64,000 nt of DNA, from positions 8,265-72,264 of IMG/VR virus record IMGVR_UViG_3300044648_000206. One strand, given 5' to 3'. A model generated the notes under the pieces. That model had not been told where the DNA came from. It did not search any database and saw nothing but the letters and a program-made list of their open reading frames with translations. This DNA is from a virus. A program made the translations under genes and the position numbers. Positions 1 to 8,895 of the stretch are shown here, piece by piece. Numbering within the stretch: the stretch's first letter is position 1; every line of letters starts with the position of its first letter.

Positions 1-368
1 CCGTTGACCGAGCGCAGGCCGTTGTAGCCCAGCCGGAAGTGGTCGATGGTCTTCTGCTCGAAGCGGTCGCGCCAGTACGGGGTGGCCACGCCTGGGCGGT
101 GGAAGAGGTCCAGCCAGCTCTCGGGGTAGACCTTGACTTCCTCCAGCTCGTCGAGCATCTCGAGGATGCCCTGACCGAAGTGGAAGTCGTCGCTCTCGAC
201 GATCGTCTTGGTGTCCCCGGTGGAGCCGCAGACGTAGCAGAACCAGACGCCCTTGATCACGTTGACCGAGGCGCTGGCGTGGCTGTCGCCGTGGACCGGG
301 CAGCGGAAGGCCCGCTCTCGTCCTCTACCCCGGGTGAGAGCTTCCTCGAGACTTCTGTAGGTGGGCAC
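1..368 (-). CDS. DNA primase, N-terminal CHC2 zinc-binding domain (runs off window edge)
   Basis: Manual translation from GTG368 (GGAG upstream): MPTYRSLEEALTRGRGRERAFRCPVHGDSHASASVNVIKGVWFCYVCGSTG. CPxH...WxCxxC is the DnaG-type Zn finger; lies downstream of the helicase. Not in the ORF track. Confidence 0.85.
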   Translation of the reverse strand, partial: MPTYRSLEEALTRGRGRERAFRCPVHGDSHASASVNVIKGVWFCYVCGSTGDTKTIVESDDFHFGQGILEMLDELEEVKVYPESWLDLFHRPGVATPYWRDRFEQKTIDHFRLGYNGLRSVN

Positions 369-528
369 GGCCGGCTCCAGTCAGTCGCACCTCGTAGGTG
401 CCCGGGACGGGGGTGACGTTGACCTTGATCAGGTCGGCGCAGAGCAGCGTGGCGAGGGCCAGCTGCTGGCCGCGGATCAGGGTCCAGCCCCGGTCAGGAA
501 GGCTCTGCAGGAGCTCTACTGAGATCAC
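325..528 (-). CDS. hypothetical protein
   Basis: ORF in the co-oriented run; overlaps both neighbours by 35-44 bp. Confidence 0.4.
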   Translation of the reverse strand: MISVELLQSLPDRGWTLIRGQQLALATLLCADLIKVNVTPVPGTYEVRLTGAGRAHLQKSRGSSHPG

Positions 529-682
529 GCGGGTCAGCCTCCCAGACCAGGTCGACGGTCTCCCAGCAGCCCGGCTGCAGGCACTGGAGGCCGGAGTGCT
601 CGCCGCACAGGTCGCAGCCCGAGACGTCGGTCTCCTCCCAGAGGTGACCGCTCGGGTGGGTGCAGGGCTCAGGTGTGTTCAT
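494..682 (-). CDS. small Cys/His-rich protein
   Basis: MNTPEPCTHPSGH...CDLC...CLQPGC; ATG overlaps the upstream TGA. Confidence 0.6.
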   Translation of the reverse strand: MNTPEPCTHPSGHLWEETDVSGCDLCGEHSGLQCLQPGCWETVDLVWEADPRDLSRAPAEPS

Positions 683-885
683 CAGGTCCTCTCCAGAGGG
701 AGCTTGCTGCGGGGTATGTAACCCATCGGCGCTCGACGGGCCTGCATCTCGTAGAAGGCCTCGCCGACCATGCACACCTGGCGTCCGAGCGCCCAGACGT
801 GGTGCAGGTCCTTCTGCCGGTGCTCCTCGAGACCGCCGGAGCCGCGCGGGCACGACAGGTACTGGTAGAAGTCAGTCCCAGCCAT
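682..885 (-). CDS. hypothetical protein
   Basis: Stop/start coupled on both sides. Confidence 0.55.
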   Translation of the reverse strand: MAGTDFYQYLSCPRGSGGLEEHRQKDLHHVWALGRQVCMVGEAFYEMQARRAPMGYIPRSKLPLERT

Positions 886-1157
886 CAGATCTCCACGTAG
901 ACGGTTCGGCAGCCCACCGCCATCACCACGCCGGCCGAGGGCTCACGGTCGAAGCGCATCTTCTTGCGGGCCCGGTTCCCCGTGGTCGGCCGGGTCGCGG
1001 TGGCCATGTAGATGGCCGTCAGATGCGCGTCGACCTCCCCGCGGTCGGTGGCGATCACGTGGTAGGTGGTCGCGTCCACACGGGGAGGTCGACGAAGAGC
1101 TACATCGACCTCGATGTAGAAGGTCGCTTGCTCGTGCTGCACGGGGCCCACGTCCAT
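885..1157 (-). CDS. hypothetical protein
   Basis: Protein-like composition; stop coupled to next start. Confidence 0.55.
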   Translation of the reverse strand: MDVGPVQHEQATFYIEVDVALRRPPRVDATTYHVIATDRGEVDAHLTAIYMATATRPTTGNRARKKMRFDREPSAGVVMAVGCRTVYVEI

Positions 1158-1264
1158 CCGAAGAGCTCGCTCCAGTACACCCGCTGCTTGATCCCGGAGT
1201 ACCGGCCGACCATCTTCGCGCAGTCCACCGCACTGGCCCAGGTGATTCCAGTGTCAAACCGCAC
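1100..1264 (-). CDS. hypothetical 54-aa protein (not in ORF track)
   Basis: GTG start, MRFDTGITWASAVDCAKMVGRYSGIKQRVYWSELFGWTW...; fills the gap between neighbours. Confidence 0.4.
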   Translation of the reverse strand: MRFDTGITWASAVDCAKMVGRYSGIKQRVYWSELFGWTWAPCSTSKRPSTSRSM

Positions 1265-1445
1265 GGAGCTCACGCCGCACCTCCACCGCCGGCTCGGTGA
1301 TGTGGCTGGCGCCCTGGGCCCGGGTGGCCGAGCAGCGAACGCACTTGCGGTACCAGGGGCTGCCGTCCTCAGGATGGACGGTCTCCATGTAGTGCTGTCC
1401 CTCGATGCAAACCTGTGCCAGAGCAGTTGAGTCTGTGAAACGCAT
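1254..1445 (-). CDS. small hypothetical protein (C/H, CxxC)
   Basis: Start overlaps the helicase stop (TGATG). Confidence 0.6.
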   Translation of the reverse strand: MRFTDSTALAQVCIEGQHYMETVHPEDGSPWYRKCVRCSATRAQGASHITEPAVEVRRELRAV

Positions 1446-2719
1446 CAGTCCAGGTCCTCTCGGTCACGCAGGTCGTCGGCCACCTCGCGCGAGATCTCGT
1501 GCAGCTGGCCGTCGTTCGGCAGGAAACGATTGAAGTACCGCGCGCCAGAGTCGCCATGTCGATGCTTCTCGATCGAGTTGACCTGGCTGGTCTTGCTGTA
1601 CTGGGTCATCGTGGTGAGCAGGTCCCCGTCCCGGCCCATGGCGTCCGAGCCGGCGAGGTTGCTGGCCTTGGGCGGGTACTTGGCAGTCTCGCCCTCACGG
1701 TTGACCTGCACCAGCACCATCATCCGCGTGTCTTTGGCGATGGTGATCTTCTTGAGCTCGCCAGAGAGCATGGCCAGGATGCGCCAGTCCTCCATCATCG
1801 ACTTGCCGCTGGTGCTGGTCATCAGGTCGATGTAGTCGATGACGTTGAGGTCCACGTCACCGGCCCGGGCTGCGACGGTGGCCGGTGTGCAGGCCCCGTC
1901 CGAGGGGTCGAACAGGAACAGCTCGCCCGGCACCTCGTCGCGGATCTTGTTGACCAGCTTGCGGTAGGCGACCATGTCGAAGGTCCGGGTCCGCATCGCC
2001 CGGTGGTCCACCGGCAGGCCCAGCTTGGCGCCCAGGAGGACGTGCAGCCGGGTCAGGACCTGCTCGTGGGGCATCTCCAGGGACCAGTAGTTGACCCGGC
2101 GACCCTCCAGCAGGGCCGTGGCGGTCACCTCGAGCGCGCCCCAGCTCTTGCCCTTGCCGAGGCGGGCGGCGTGGAACCAGAGGTAGCCCTTGCCCATGCC
2201 CCCGGTGACGTGCTGGAGGGTCTTCCAGGGCAGCGTGATCGTGTCCGGGCGCTCGGCGTACCGAGTCAGGAAGCTCAGGTCCCACAGGGCGTTGGAGGGC
2301 GGCTTGACGCCCGCCAGCGGGGTGTAGTTGGCCAGCGCAATGGCGGCCTCGGAGTACTCCCCCTCCTGGATGTAGATCGTCGCCTCGCGCACCGCGGAAC
2401 GCAGGTTCCGCTGGTCGGCGATCTGACGCACCTCGTCGGCCGCGAAGGCCGCGTCGGTGGTGTCGGAGAAGGGGAACTCAGGGAACTTGGACAGCAGCGC
2501 GTCCTGAGCCGGGCATCGCCCGTAGGTGGCTGCGTAGGAGAGCACCCAGCGGTACTCCGTCTGGAACCCGACGAACATCTCGGGTTCGATGCCGTGCTGC
2601 TGGCCCAGGCCAGCGTCGTGGCTGTTGATCAACGCACTGATCAGCAGCGCCTCTGCAGTCTGCCGCACTCGGTTGCAGGCCCCCTCAACTCGGCGTTCCG
2701 TGGTTGGTGGGTGAACCAT
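1445..2719 (-). CDS. DnaB-like replicative helicase
   Basis: Walker A ARLGKGKS, YWSLEM, VIDYIDLM, QVNREG, KHRHG = SF4 helicase motifs. Confidence 0.92.
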   Translation of the reverse strand: MVHPPTTERRVEGACNRVRQTAEALLISALINSHDAGLGQQHGIEPEMFVGFQTEYRWVLSYAATYGRCPAQDALLSKFPEFPFSDTTDAAFAADEVRQIADQRNLRSAVREATIYIQEGEYSEAAIALANYTPLAGVKPPSNALWDLSFLTRYAERPDTITLPWKTLQHVTGGMGKGYLWFHAARLGKGKSWGALEVTATALLEGRRVNYWSLEMPHEQVLTRLHVLLGAKLGLPVDHRAMRTRTFDMVAYRKLVNKIRDEVPGELFLFDPSDGACTPATVAARAGDVDLNVIDYIDLMTSTSGKSMMEDWRILAMLSGELKKITIAKDTRMMVLVQVNREGETAKYPPKASNLAGSDAMGRDGDLLTTMTQYSKTSQVNSIEKHRHGDSGARYFNRFLPNDGQLHEISREVADDLRDREDLD

Positions 2720-2964
2720 GTCGGAGCAACGTGACCGAGAGCAAGCACCGGACGTGACAATGGTCCGAAGTGACTACGGGTGGCGGGACTTTAGCCCTGA
2801 GTAGGCTCGGCCTGAACCGGGGCAACATGGGAAAGGCCCGGCCAGATGGGGTGCGCTGGACGCCTGAGGCGTCTCACCATCTGGCCGGGCCCAATGCCTG
2901 GCTCTCCAGGTACCAACCACGGGAGCCGAGCTGACATCCCCGGCAGGGATGCGGTGAGTATGTA

Positions 2965-2998
2965 CCACCCACAGCCTGTGGACAACCCTTGTGGACGA
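2965..2998. promoter_or_regulatory. DnaA-box cluster
   Basis: TGTGGACAA at 2977-2985 (reverse complement TTGTCCACA, the actinobacterial consensus), TGTGGACGA at 2990-2998, and a weak opposing CCACA half-box 3 bp upstream. Confidence 0.6.
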
Positions 2999-3392
2999 GA
3001 TTCTTCCGCGTCGGTGCTTGCAGCCGAACTACACCGGTGTAACTTCCTCCCCCAGAGGTGCCCGGGTGTGTCCCCCGGGTGAGCCCCGACCCAGCTCGTT
3101 ACCGGACGGCCGGCGAGTGATCAGCCCCTGAGGTCGGGGAAGTGAGCCCGCCGTTCCCCGGAGGTAGCGCCCGGGGAGTCGATGTAGCTTCGGAGCATCG
3201 GCGCAGACGTCGCAGCCCCCTGGATTGGTCGTAGATCATCTGGGTAGGGCCGACGTCTGCCCGCTACAACTTCATCTGCTTCGCAGACTCGTTGGACTCG
3301 TAGATCAAACCCCTGCGATCTACTCGTAGACACCAGACGAGCGTGGGTACTTCTATGCCCGCCGGTCATCTGCTATGTTCCGGCCCGTGCGC

Positions 3393-3421
3393 TTGACCTT
3401 GGTCAACTTTTCGCCTACAAT
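3393..3421 (+). promoter_or_regulatory. sigma-A/HrdB-type early promoter P1
   Basis: TTGACC-17 bp-TACAAT; near-identical copy at 9912. Confidence 0.85.
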
Positions 3422-3461
3422 GGACTCACGCGGGCAGAGCTATGTCCGCACACAGGTTGAG

Positions 3462-3505
3462 GAGCGCCCTCTACACGTCTTTCGGGACGAGTAGGGGGCG
3501 TTTCT
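3462..3505 (+). terminator. leader hairpin / attenuator-like terminator
   Basis: CGCCCTCTAC...GTAGGGGGCG stem followed by TTTCTC. Confidence 0.55.
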
Positions 3506-3530
3506 CATGTCTGCAGGAAGGGACCGATTC

Positions 3531-4391
3531 ATGTCAGGAAAGCTCCCCAAGCTCCCCCAACTCCCTGTCACCACCTGGGAGTGGATCAGCCCGGCAATCG
3601 CTGCCGAGATGCTGACTCACAACACGATGAACCGACCGATCATCGACTCGGCCGTCGCAGAGTGGGTCAGAGAGATGGAGAGTGGTAACTGGGTGCCCAC
3701 GCACCAGGGCATCGCCTTCGACGTCTCCGGTGTGCTTCTGGACGGTCAGCACCGTCTCGCTGCCATCGTCAGGTCCGGCAGAACCGTGCTGATGCAGGTG
3801 ACCAGGGGACTGCCGCCGGAGGTCATGCCCACCATCGACTCGGGGCGCAAGCGCACCTCCGGGCAGATTCTGGCAATGGCCGGCGTCAAGGACAGCAACC
3901 TCATCGCCGGCATCGTCAAGGTGGTGCTCTGCTACCGGGAGACGGTGCTGACCGGTGGCGACGTGCAGAACTTCACGGCGCTACTGGGGCGTAGCCGGAC
4001 AGCCCGGGAGATTCAAGACGCCGCGGGCAAGATGGAGGGCATCGAGATCATCTCCACGCCGGCGCGCCGAATGAGTCGGGCCGCTGCTCTGCAGAGCCCG
4101 GCCGCTGTCGGCGCTGCGCTGTACCAGTGCTTCCTGGCAAACGCACTGACCACCGAGCAGTTCGTCGAAGGCATCGTCGAAGGATCTGAGCTCAGGTCCG
4201 GCGATGCTCGTCTGACCATGCGCAACCGCGCTCTGAGCGGCAACCTCGGGCAGAAGCGCGGCGGTAGCGCGACCCAGGCCTACTCGTTCGGCTTGGTGAT
4301 GGGTGCGTGGCGCGCCTTCCACAGTGGCAAGTCCTGGCACAAGGCGCAGGTGCCGACGAACCTGTTGCAGATCGGACCGATCAACGTGTAA
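3531..4391 (+). CDS. ParB/Srx-like (DGQHR) domain protein
   Basis: ISPAIAAEML..N..NR...QGIAFD..GVLLDGQHRLAAIV; first gene after P1 (alternative start 3507). Confidence 0.8.
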   Translation: MSGKLPKLPQLPVTTWEWISPAIAAEMLTHNTMNRPIIDSAVAEWVREMESGNWVPTHQGIAFDVSGVLLDGQHRLAAIVRSGRTVLMQVTRGLPPEVMPTIDSGRKRTSGQILAMAGVKDSNLIAGIVKVVLCYRETVLTGGDVQNFTALLGRSRTAREIQDAAGKMEGIEIISTPARRMSRAAALQSPAAVGAALYQCFLANALTTEQFVEGIVEGSELRSGDARLTMRNRALSGNLGQKRGGSATQAYSFGLVMGAWRAFHSGKSWHKAQVPTNLLQIGPINV

Positions 4392-4413
4392 CCAACCAGA
4401 AAGAGGGACCGCT

Positions 4414-4941
4414 ATGCAGGAGCAACAGGCACTACCCCGGGACGCCGATGGCACGCTCATCACGAGCGCCATCTTCGGCGAGGACTGGGTCGTCGAAGTC
4501 GAGTACAACACCGATCACGACGGGCGCGTGATCAACCCCGAGCTGGAGGACTACCCGCGCACCGTGCACGGGGGCTTCTACAGCAAGGAAGAGGCCGACG
4601 AGTGGGCTGAGGGGTTCTGCCCGGACGACACCGACATCAACGAGGTGCGCGTCATCCCCCTCAACCTCGTCCGTCCGCGACCGAGCAAGGGGACTGACAT
4701 GATCTACGTCCTGCTGACCGACACGAACGACGGCAGCGCGCTCATTGCCTGCCCCACTCCGGAAGCAGCCGACAGCGTCGGCGCGGCCGCCATCCTGAAC
4801 GACGGCGGCGTCAGCGCCTGGCTGGTCCCGGAATCAGCGGTGATCGACCACGAGAAGGTCACCGAGATCCTCAAGCAGGGAGGCCGCATCGGAGACATCG
4901 CGGCTGCCCGCCTACCAGAACAGGGGACAGCCCGTGACTGA
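4414..4941 (+). CDS. hypothetical protein (possible fusion; second in-frame RBS+ATG at 4699)
   Basis: RBS GAGGG before ATG4414; AAGGGGACTGAC-ATG at 4699. Confidence 0.65.
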   Translation: MQEQQALPRDADGTLITSAIFGEDWVVEVEYNTDHDGRVINPELEDYPRTVHGGFYSKEEADEWAEGFCPDDTDINEVRVIPLNLVRPRPSKGTDMIYVLLTDTNDGSALIACPTPEAADSVGAAAILNDGGVSAWLVPESAVIDHEKVTEILKQGGRIGDIAAARLPEQGTARD

Positions 4942-5380
4942 CGAAGGACCCGTCAACCCCCTGCTGGCGCTGGCGCTGACCAGCAGCCGCGAGCTCGACG
5001 CGATGGTTGAGCTGCACGGCAATGCCGGCGCAGCGGTGTTCGCCCAGCTGCGGATGCACCTCGGTCAGCAGTTCACCGATGACCAGATCTGGGACTTCTT
5101 GACCGACACCGCCGAGATCGCTCTCAAGAAGATCGTCGAGGTACCGGAGAACGCCCCTCTGGAAGCCGTCCAGTCAGCCTGGATGATCGCCCTGCGGGCC
5201 ACCCTGGCCATGACCGTGGTGACCGGCGCCAAGGCCGCCAGGGCTGGTCTGGCGGCCTCTGACGAGGTCCTGGCGCACAACATCGCCGAGGCGCTCGAGC
5301 GCAACAGCCCGGTCGCCTTGGTGCTGGGGGAGGCCGAGCGCAAGGTCATCCGCGAAGCCATCGCGGAGGCCCGGCCATGA
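4934..5380 (+). CDS. hypothetical helical protein
   Basis: RBS, coupled ORF, strong GC3 bias. Confidence 0.7.
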   Translation: MTDEGPVNPLLALALTSSRELDAMVELHGNAGAAVFAQLRMHLGQQFTDDQIWDFLTDTAEIALKKIVEVPENAPLEAVQSAWMIALRATLAMTVVTGAKAARAGLAASDEVLAHNIAEALERNSPVALVLGEAERKVIREAIAEARP

Positions 5381-5676
5381 CGATCTTCAACATCTGTCTG
5401 CGGGCCACCACGCTGTCCGCAATCAGCCTGTTCGTGGTGCTGCTGCTCGGCGGCTGCTCCAGCGGTCCCTCCGAGGCTGAGTGCGCGGAGGCCAAGGCGA
5501 TCGCCGCCGAGTACATCACCAACGTCACCTCGCTGATCGGCGAGGAGGGCGTGGACATAGAGAAGGTGGCCGACCAGCAGTACGACCTGGCGGCCTTGAC
5601 GGTGAAGGGCTGGCCGGACTGCTTCGACGCCAAGGACCGGCGCTGGGCCAACCGACAGCTGAGAGGGAGATCATGA
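5377..5676 (+). CDS. putative lipoprotein
   Basis: Hydrophobic signal ending in lipobox-like LLGG-C. Confidence 0.65.
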   Translation: MTIFNICLRATTLSAISLFVVLLLGGCSSGPSEAECAEAKAIAAEYITNVTSLIGEEGVDIEKVADQQYDLAALTVKGWPDCFDAKDRRWANRQLRGRS

Positions 5677-5969
5677 CCAAGCCCGGGTTCATGCGTCGTT
5701 GGGAGCTCGACGCGATGATGATGACTCCCCGCCAACTGCACCGGGGGCAGACGAAGACCCTCTTCTGGATGTTCTTCTCTGCTCTCGGTGCTTTCACGTG
5801 CGCGCTCTACATCCAGCACTACGCCTGGTGGCCGGTCTTCGGGGCCTCCAGCATGGCGACCGTCATGCTGAGCAACTTCGTCCGGTTCATCGTGCTCGAC
5901 AACGAGATGGAGCGCCGCAACAGGGTCTCCCACGTCCAGGCTGACGCGCGTCGGCCTGACCGCTGGTAG
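5673..5969 (+). CDS. two-TM membrane protein
   Basis: MTKPGF...; two hydrophobic segments; ATGA overlap. Confidence 0.65.
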   Translation: MTKPGFMRRWELDAMMMTPRQLHRGQTKTLFWMFFSALGAFTCALYIQHYAWWPVFGASSMATVMLSNFVRFIVLDNEMERRNRVSHVQADARRPDRW

Positions 5970-6003
5970 ACCAACCCAACCCCAACAAGAAGGGACCGCT
6001 CAG

Positions 6004-6390
6004 ATGGAGGTCGAGAAGACCGGGGCACCGGCTCCGGCAGAGAAGAAGTCGTGGTGGGCTCGAGGCGTGGACAAGGTCGACATCACGCCCCAGGTCATCC
6101 GCGACGACGTCATGTTCACCACCGTCCGCTTCCGCGAGGGCTACAACCAGTCCGAGGTGGACGACTTCCTTGACCGCTGCGCCGACAAGATGGAGGCGGT
6201 CATGAACGAGAACAACGCGATGAAGGTGATGCTGCACCGCCTGGGCATCAACGTGGAGCAGGCGATGCTGGGACTATCCCAGCCCGAGTCGCTCGCCGAC
6301 CCGGCCGAGCTGCGCACCCTGGGCCGGCACGCCGCACCCAGCCCCGCCGCCGAGGTGCCCAAGCTCACCCTGCCTGGGGACCAGTCATGA
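6004..6390 (+). CDS. DivIVA-domain protein
   Basis: ITPQVIRDDVMFTTVRFREGYNQSEVDDFLDR matches the DivIVA N-terminal motif (LTP.D....F....F..GY...EVD.FLD), then a short coiled coil. Confidence 0.85.
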   Translation: MEVEKTGAPAPAEKKSWWARGVDKVDITPQVIRDDVMFTTVRFREGYNQSEVDDFLDRCADKMEAVMNENNAMKVMLHRLGINVEQAMLGLSQPESLADPAELRTLGRHAAPSPAAEVPKLTLPGDQS

Positions 6391-6689
6391 AGGCCTCGCA
6401 GGCTATGACGGGCGTCGAGGTCCTCGACCGGGCCTCTCTCCGGGTGCGGAACTGGAAGGTGGCCCGCACCATCGTTGGCTGGGCGGTGCTGCTGGTGCCG
6501 GCCGGGAGTTACCTCCTGGTCTGGCTGACCACCGGCTACAAGATCAGTTGGTACAACGTCGCGCTGGCGTGGGTCATGCTCTACACGACCTACGTCCTCG
6601 TCGACCTGGGGCTGCAGCGGGCGATCAAGAAGCACCCGCTGTACTACCTGGTGGCGCTCCGCCGGGAGTTCGGCGTAACCGACCAATGA
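6387..6689 (+). CDS. two-TM membrane protein
   Basis: Two hydrophobic helices; ATGA overlap. Confidence 0.65.
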   Translation: MKASQAMTGVEVLDRASLRVRNWKVARTIVGWAVLLVPAGSYLLVWLTTGYKISWYNVALAWVMLYTTYVLVDLGLQRAIKKHPLYYLVALRREFGVTDQ

Positions 6690-6952
6690 GGAGCGTCCTG
6701 GTCAGCGCGGAGCTGGCGCTGGTCTGCCCGTACTGCTCGGCGCAGAACACCATCGCCGAGGTGGAGCGGGCGCACCGCTACAACACCGTGCACGAGGCCG
6801 ATCGGCGCCCGGACGGCTCACTGGCTGTCCAGGTGTCGATCGGCACCGCGGACTACTTCCGCCACCTCGAGCACATCTGCACCAAGTGCGGAGCCAAGGT
6901 CGGCTGGCCGCCCAGGGGCGAGAAGAACATCGAGATCAACTACACGGAATGA
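6686..6952 (+). CDS. zinc-ribbon protein
   Basis: CPYC...CTKC. Confidence 0.65.
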   Translation: MRSVLVSAELALVCPYCSAQNTIAEVERAHRYNTVHEADRRPDGSLAVQVSIGTADYFRHLEHICTKCGAKVGWPPRGEKNIEINYTE

Positions 6953-6961
6953 GGGACTGAC

Positions 6962-7603
6962 GTGACCCAAGCACTGACCACCCGCGAGATCCTCGAGCAG
7001 ACGCTGAGCTACTTCCAGCCGGTCCGCTCGAACGTGATACTCGAGGCCGGCGAGCGTCCGATCGTCGACGTGCCGTGGACCAAGAACACCTGGTTCGACG
7101 GCCCGGAGAAGGACGACGACGACGACGGCACTTGGTACCCGGGCAAGGCCGAGGAGATCACCCAGGCCTGCTCGATGGGCGCCATGATCCTGGCCGCCCA
7201 CCTGGAGCTGTCCTGGGCGTCGAGCACCCAGGAGGAGTGGCTGCACCTGTTCAAGAACGACCCCAACTTCGCCCGGGCCGTGGTACTGCTCAGCCTGGCG
7301 ATCCGCAAGATCAACCCGGAGTGGGCGCCGATGTACGACGACCTCGACGTGCCGACGTGGCAGGAGTGGACCTACAGCCTCGCCTACGGCTACAGCACGG
7401 CGACGTTCGCCGGCAAGAGCGTCCGGCTCGACCCGGAGGTCTACACGGCGCTCTACCAGCGGGTGCTGCATGACCTGCCGGCCGCCGCGTTCGCCAAGGA
7501 CCTGGTGATCCGGTGGAACGACGACGACGACCGGACCTTCCCCGAGGTCCACGAGATGTTCACCCACGCCATCAAGATGGCCATCGACGAGGAGGCCGCA
7601 TGA
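6962..7603 (+). CDS. DUF6197-like phage protein
   Basis: ACSMGAMILAA ... IRWNDDDDRTFPEVHEMFTHAI pattern (recalled family resemblance). Confidence 0.55.
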   Translation: MTQALTTREILEQTLSYFQPVRSNVILEAGERPIVDVPWTKNTWFDGPEKDDDDDGTWYPGKAEEITQACSMGAMILAAHLELSWASSTQEEWLHLFKNDPNFARAVVLLSLAIRKINPEWAPMYDDLDVPTWQEWTYSLAYGYSTATFAGKSVRLDPEVYTALYQRVLHDLPAAAFAKDLVIRWNDDDDRTFPEVHEMFTHAIKMAIDEEAA

Positions 7604-7935
7604 GGTCCACCAAGGAGATCGAGCAGGAGATCCTCCGACTGCAGAAGGAGCTGGAGGAGGCGCGCAACGCCCGGCCGGTCGAGCCGGACGCTGACCCGGC
7701 GGTGATCTTCTTTCAGAAGACGTTCTCCAAGAACGGCAGCCGGGTGAAGCAGGTCTACAGCTACACGGCGGTCAAGGGCGGGGACATGTGGTCGATCACC
7801 GGCAACAGCCCCGGCCGCAACCCCAACCCGAAGACCTGGGACGACCTGGTGGACTTCATCTGCCAGGGCGAGAAGGACACCCCGCAGGTGTGGCTCGCCA
7901 GCGAGCTCACGCCGCTCGACTTCGAGAAAGGGTAG
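7600..7935 (+). CDS. hypothetical protein
   Basis: Coiled-coil start then YSYTAVK..DMWSITG...KTWDDLVDFI. Confidence 0.7.
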   Translation: MRSTKEIEQEILRLQKELEEARNARPVEPDADPAVIFFQKTFSKNGSRVKQVYSYTAVKGGDMWSITGNSPGRNPNPKTWDDLVDFICQGEKDTPQVWLASELTPLDFEKG

Positions 7936-7942
7936 ATCGCAC

Positions 7943-8353
7943 GTGCCTCCAGCCCGACGCAAGCAGAAGAGCGGTCGCTCCGGCATCCCCAACGGAGCGA
8001 CCCGAGACCGACAGGTCTCCAAGCAGTACCGCGAGCGCAAGCACAACGAGAGGCGCGCTGAGCGGCTGGAGGAGGTCCGTGACCAGCAGCGGCGGCTTGA
8101 CGCGCGCATCCGCGCCGAGCAGGCTGCCGCTGCTGTCACGGAGAAGACGGAGGCCGCGCCGGTCGCCGTCGAGAAGCCCGACCCGCACCAGGCCGAGCTG
8201 GCCGAGCTGCGGCAGAACATGGAGAAGCGCGCCTTGTGGTCCCTCGGCGAGGCGCGCAACTTGATCAGACAGGGCTACTCACTCGAGGGCACTGTGCGCC
8301 GAACAGGCTGGAGCCCCGAGGATCTGGCCGATGTGGAGGTTGGTGTGTGGTGA
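7943..8353 (+). CDS. basic coiled-coil protein with C-terminal HTH-like segment
   Basis: ARNLIRQGYSLEGTVRRTGW. Confidence 0.6.
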   Translation: MPPARRKQKSGRSGIPNGATRDRQVSKQYRERKHNERRAERLEEVRDQQRRLDARIRAEQAAAAVTEKTEAAPVAVEKPDPHQAELAELRQNMEKRALWSLGEARNLIRQGYSLEGTVRRTGWSPEDLADVEVGVW

Positions 8354-8895
8354 CGGCGCAAGCTGCCGATGGACCGGGACAATTTCACTCCATCCCCCCG
8401 GAGCAGACCTTCGGGTGGTGGAACGGCGTCGAAGACGCCATGGACAACTTCGGACTGACGCATGAGAACGTGCTGAGCATCGTCCATGGGCCTGAGTCGA
8501 TCCGCTGGGCCGAGCGTCCACCTGGTCACGACGAGTGGCCGACCGAGAAGCGCCAGCGGGGTGACGTGCAGGTGGTCATCACCTGGCCGCCCGGGGAGCG
8601 CCCGATCATCTGGGCGGTCTACGTGCTGTCCAAGCTGGACCCCGGGCGCAGTCACGCGACCGGATCGGTGGGCGGTGCCACCGGGGCATCGCAGAACCCG
8701 ACCTCGGTCCGGGAGATCAAGCGCCGACTGGTCGCCCGAGGCTTCACGATCGAGCCCGGCGGCAAGGGCGACCGGGTGATGTGGCAGGGAGACTTCTTCT
8801 GGCTCCTGCACACCACCCCGGGCGAGTACCGTTCGGTGCCCAACGTCTGGTCGGCGATCAAGCGGAAGGCCATGACCCGAGGAGTGGAGTTGTAA
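8350..8895 (+). CDS. hypothetical protein; RNase-like N domain and HicA-like C domain (tentative)
   Basis: GGAGGT RBS; C-terminus REIKRRLVARGFTIEPGGKG...HTTPGEYRSVPNVWSAIKR. Confidence 0.5.
   Translation: MTAQAADGPGQFHSIPPEQTFGWWNGVEDAMDNFGLTHENVLSIVHGPESIRWAERPPGHDEWPTEKRQRGDVQVVITWPPGERPIIWAVYVLSKLDPGRSHATGSVGGATGASQNPTSVREIKRRLVARGFTIEPGGKGDRVMWQGDFFWLLHTTPGEYRSVPNVWSAIKRKAMTRGVEL

Noticed and set aside
1100-1157. Possible single-base frameshift joining the 1264 and 1157 ORFs
   Set aside because: Both can be read as separate overlapping genes; cannot be decided without reads or homologs.
3121-3369. 82-aa minus-strand ORF in the divergence region
   Set aside because: Atypical codon usage, no RBS, overlaps regulatory-looking repeats.
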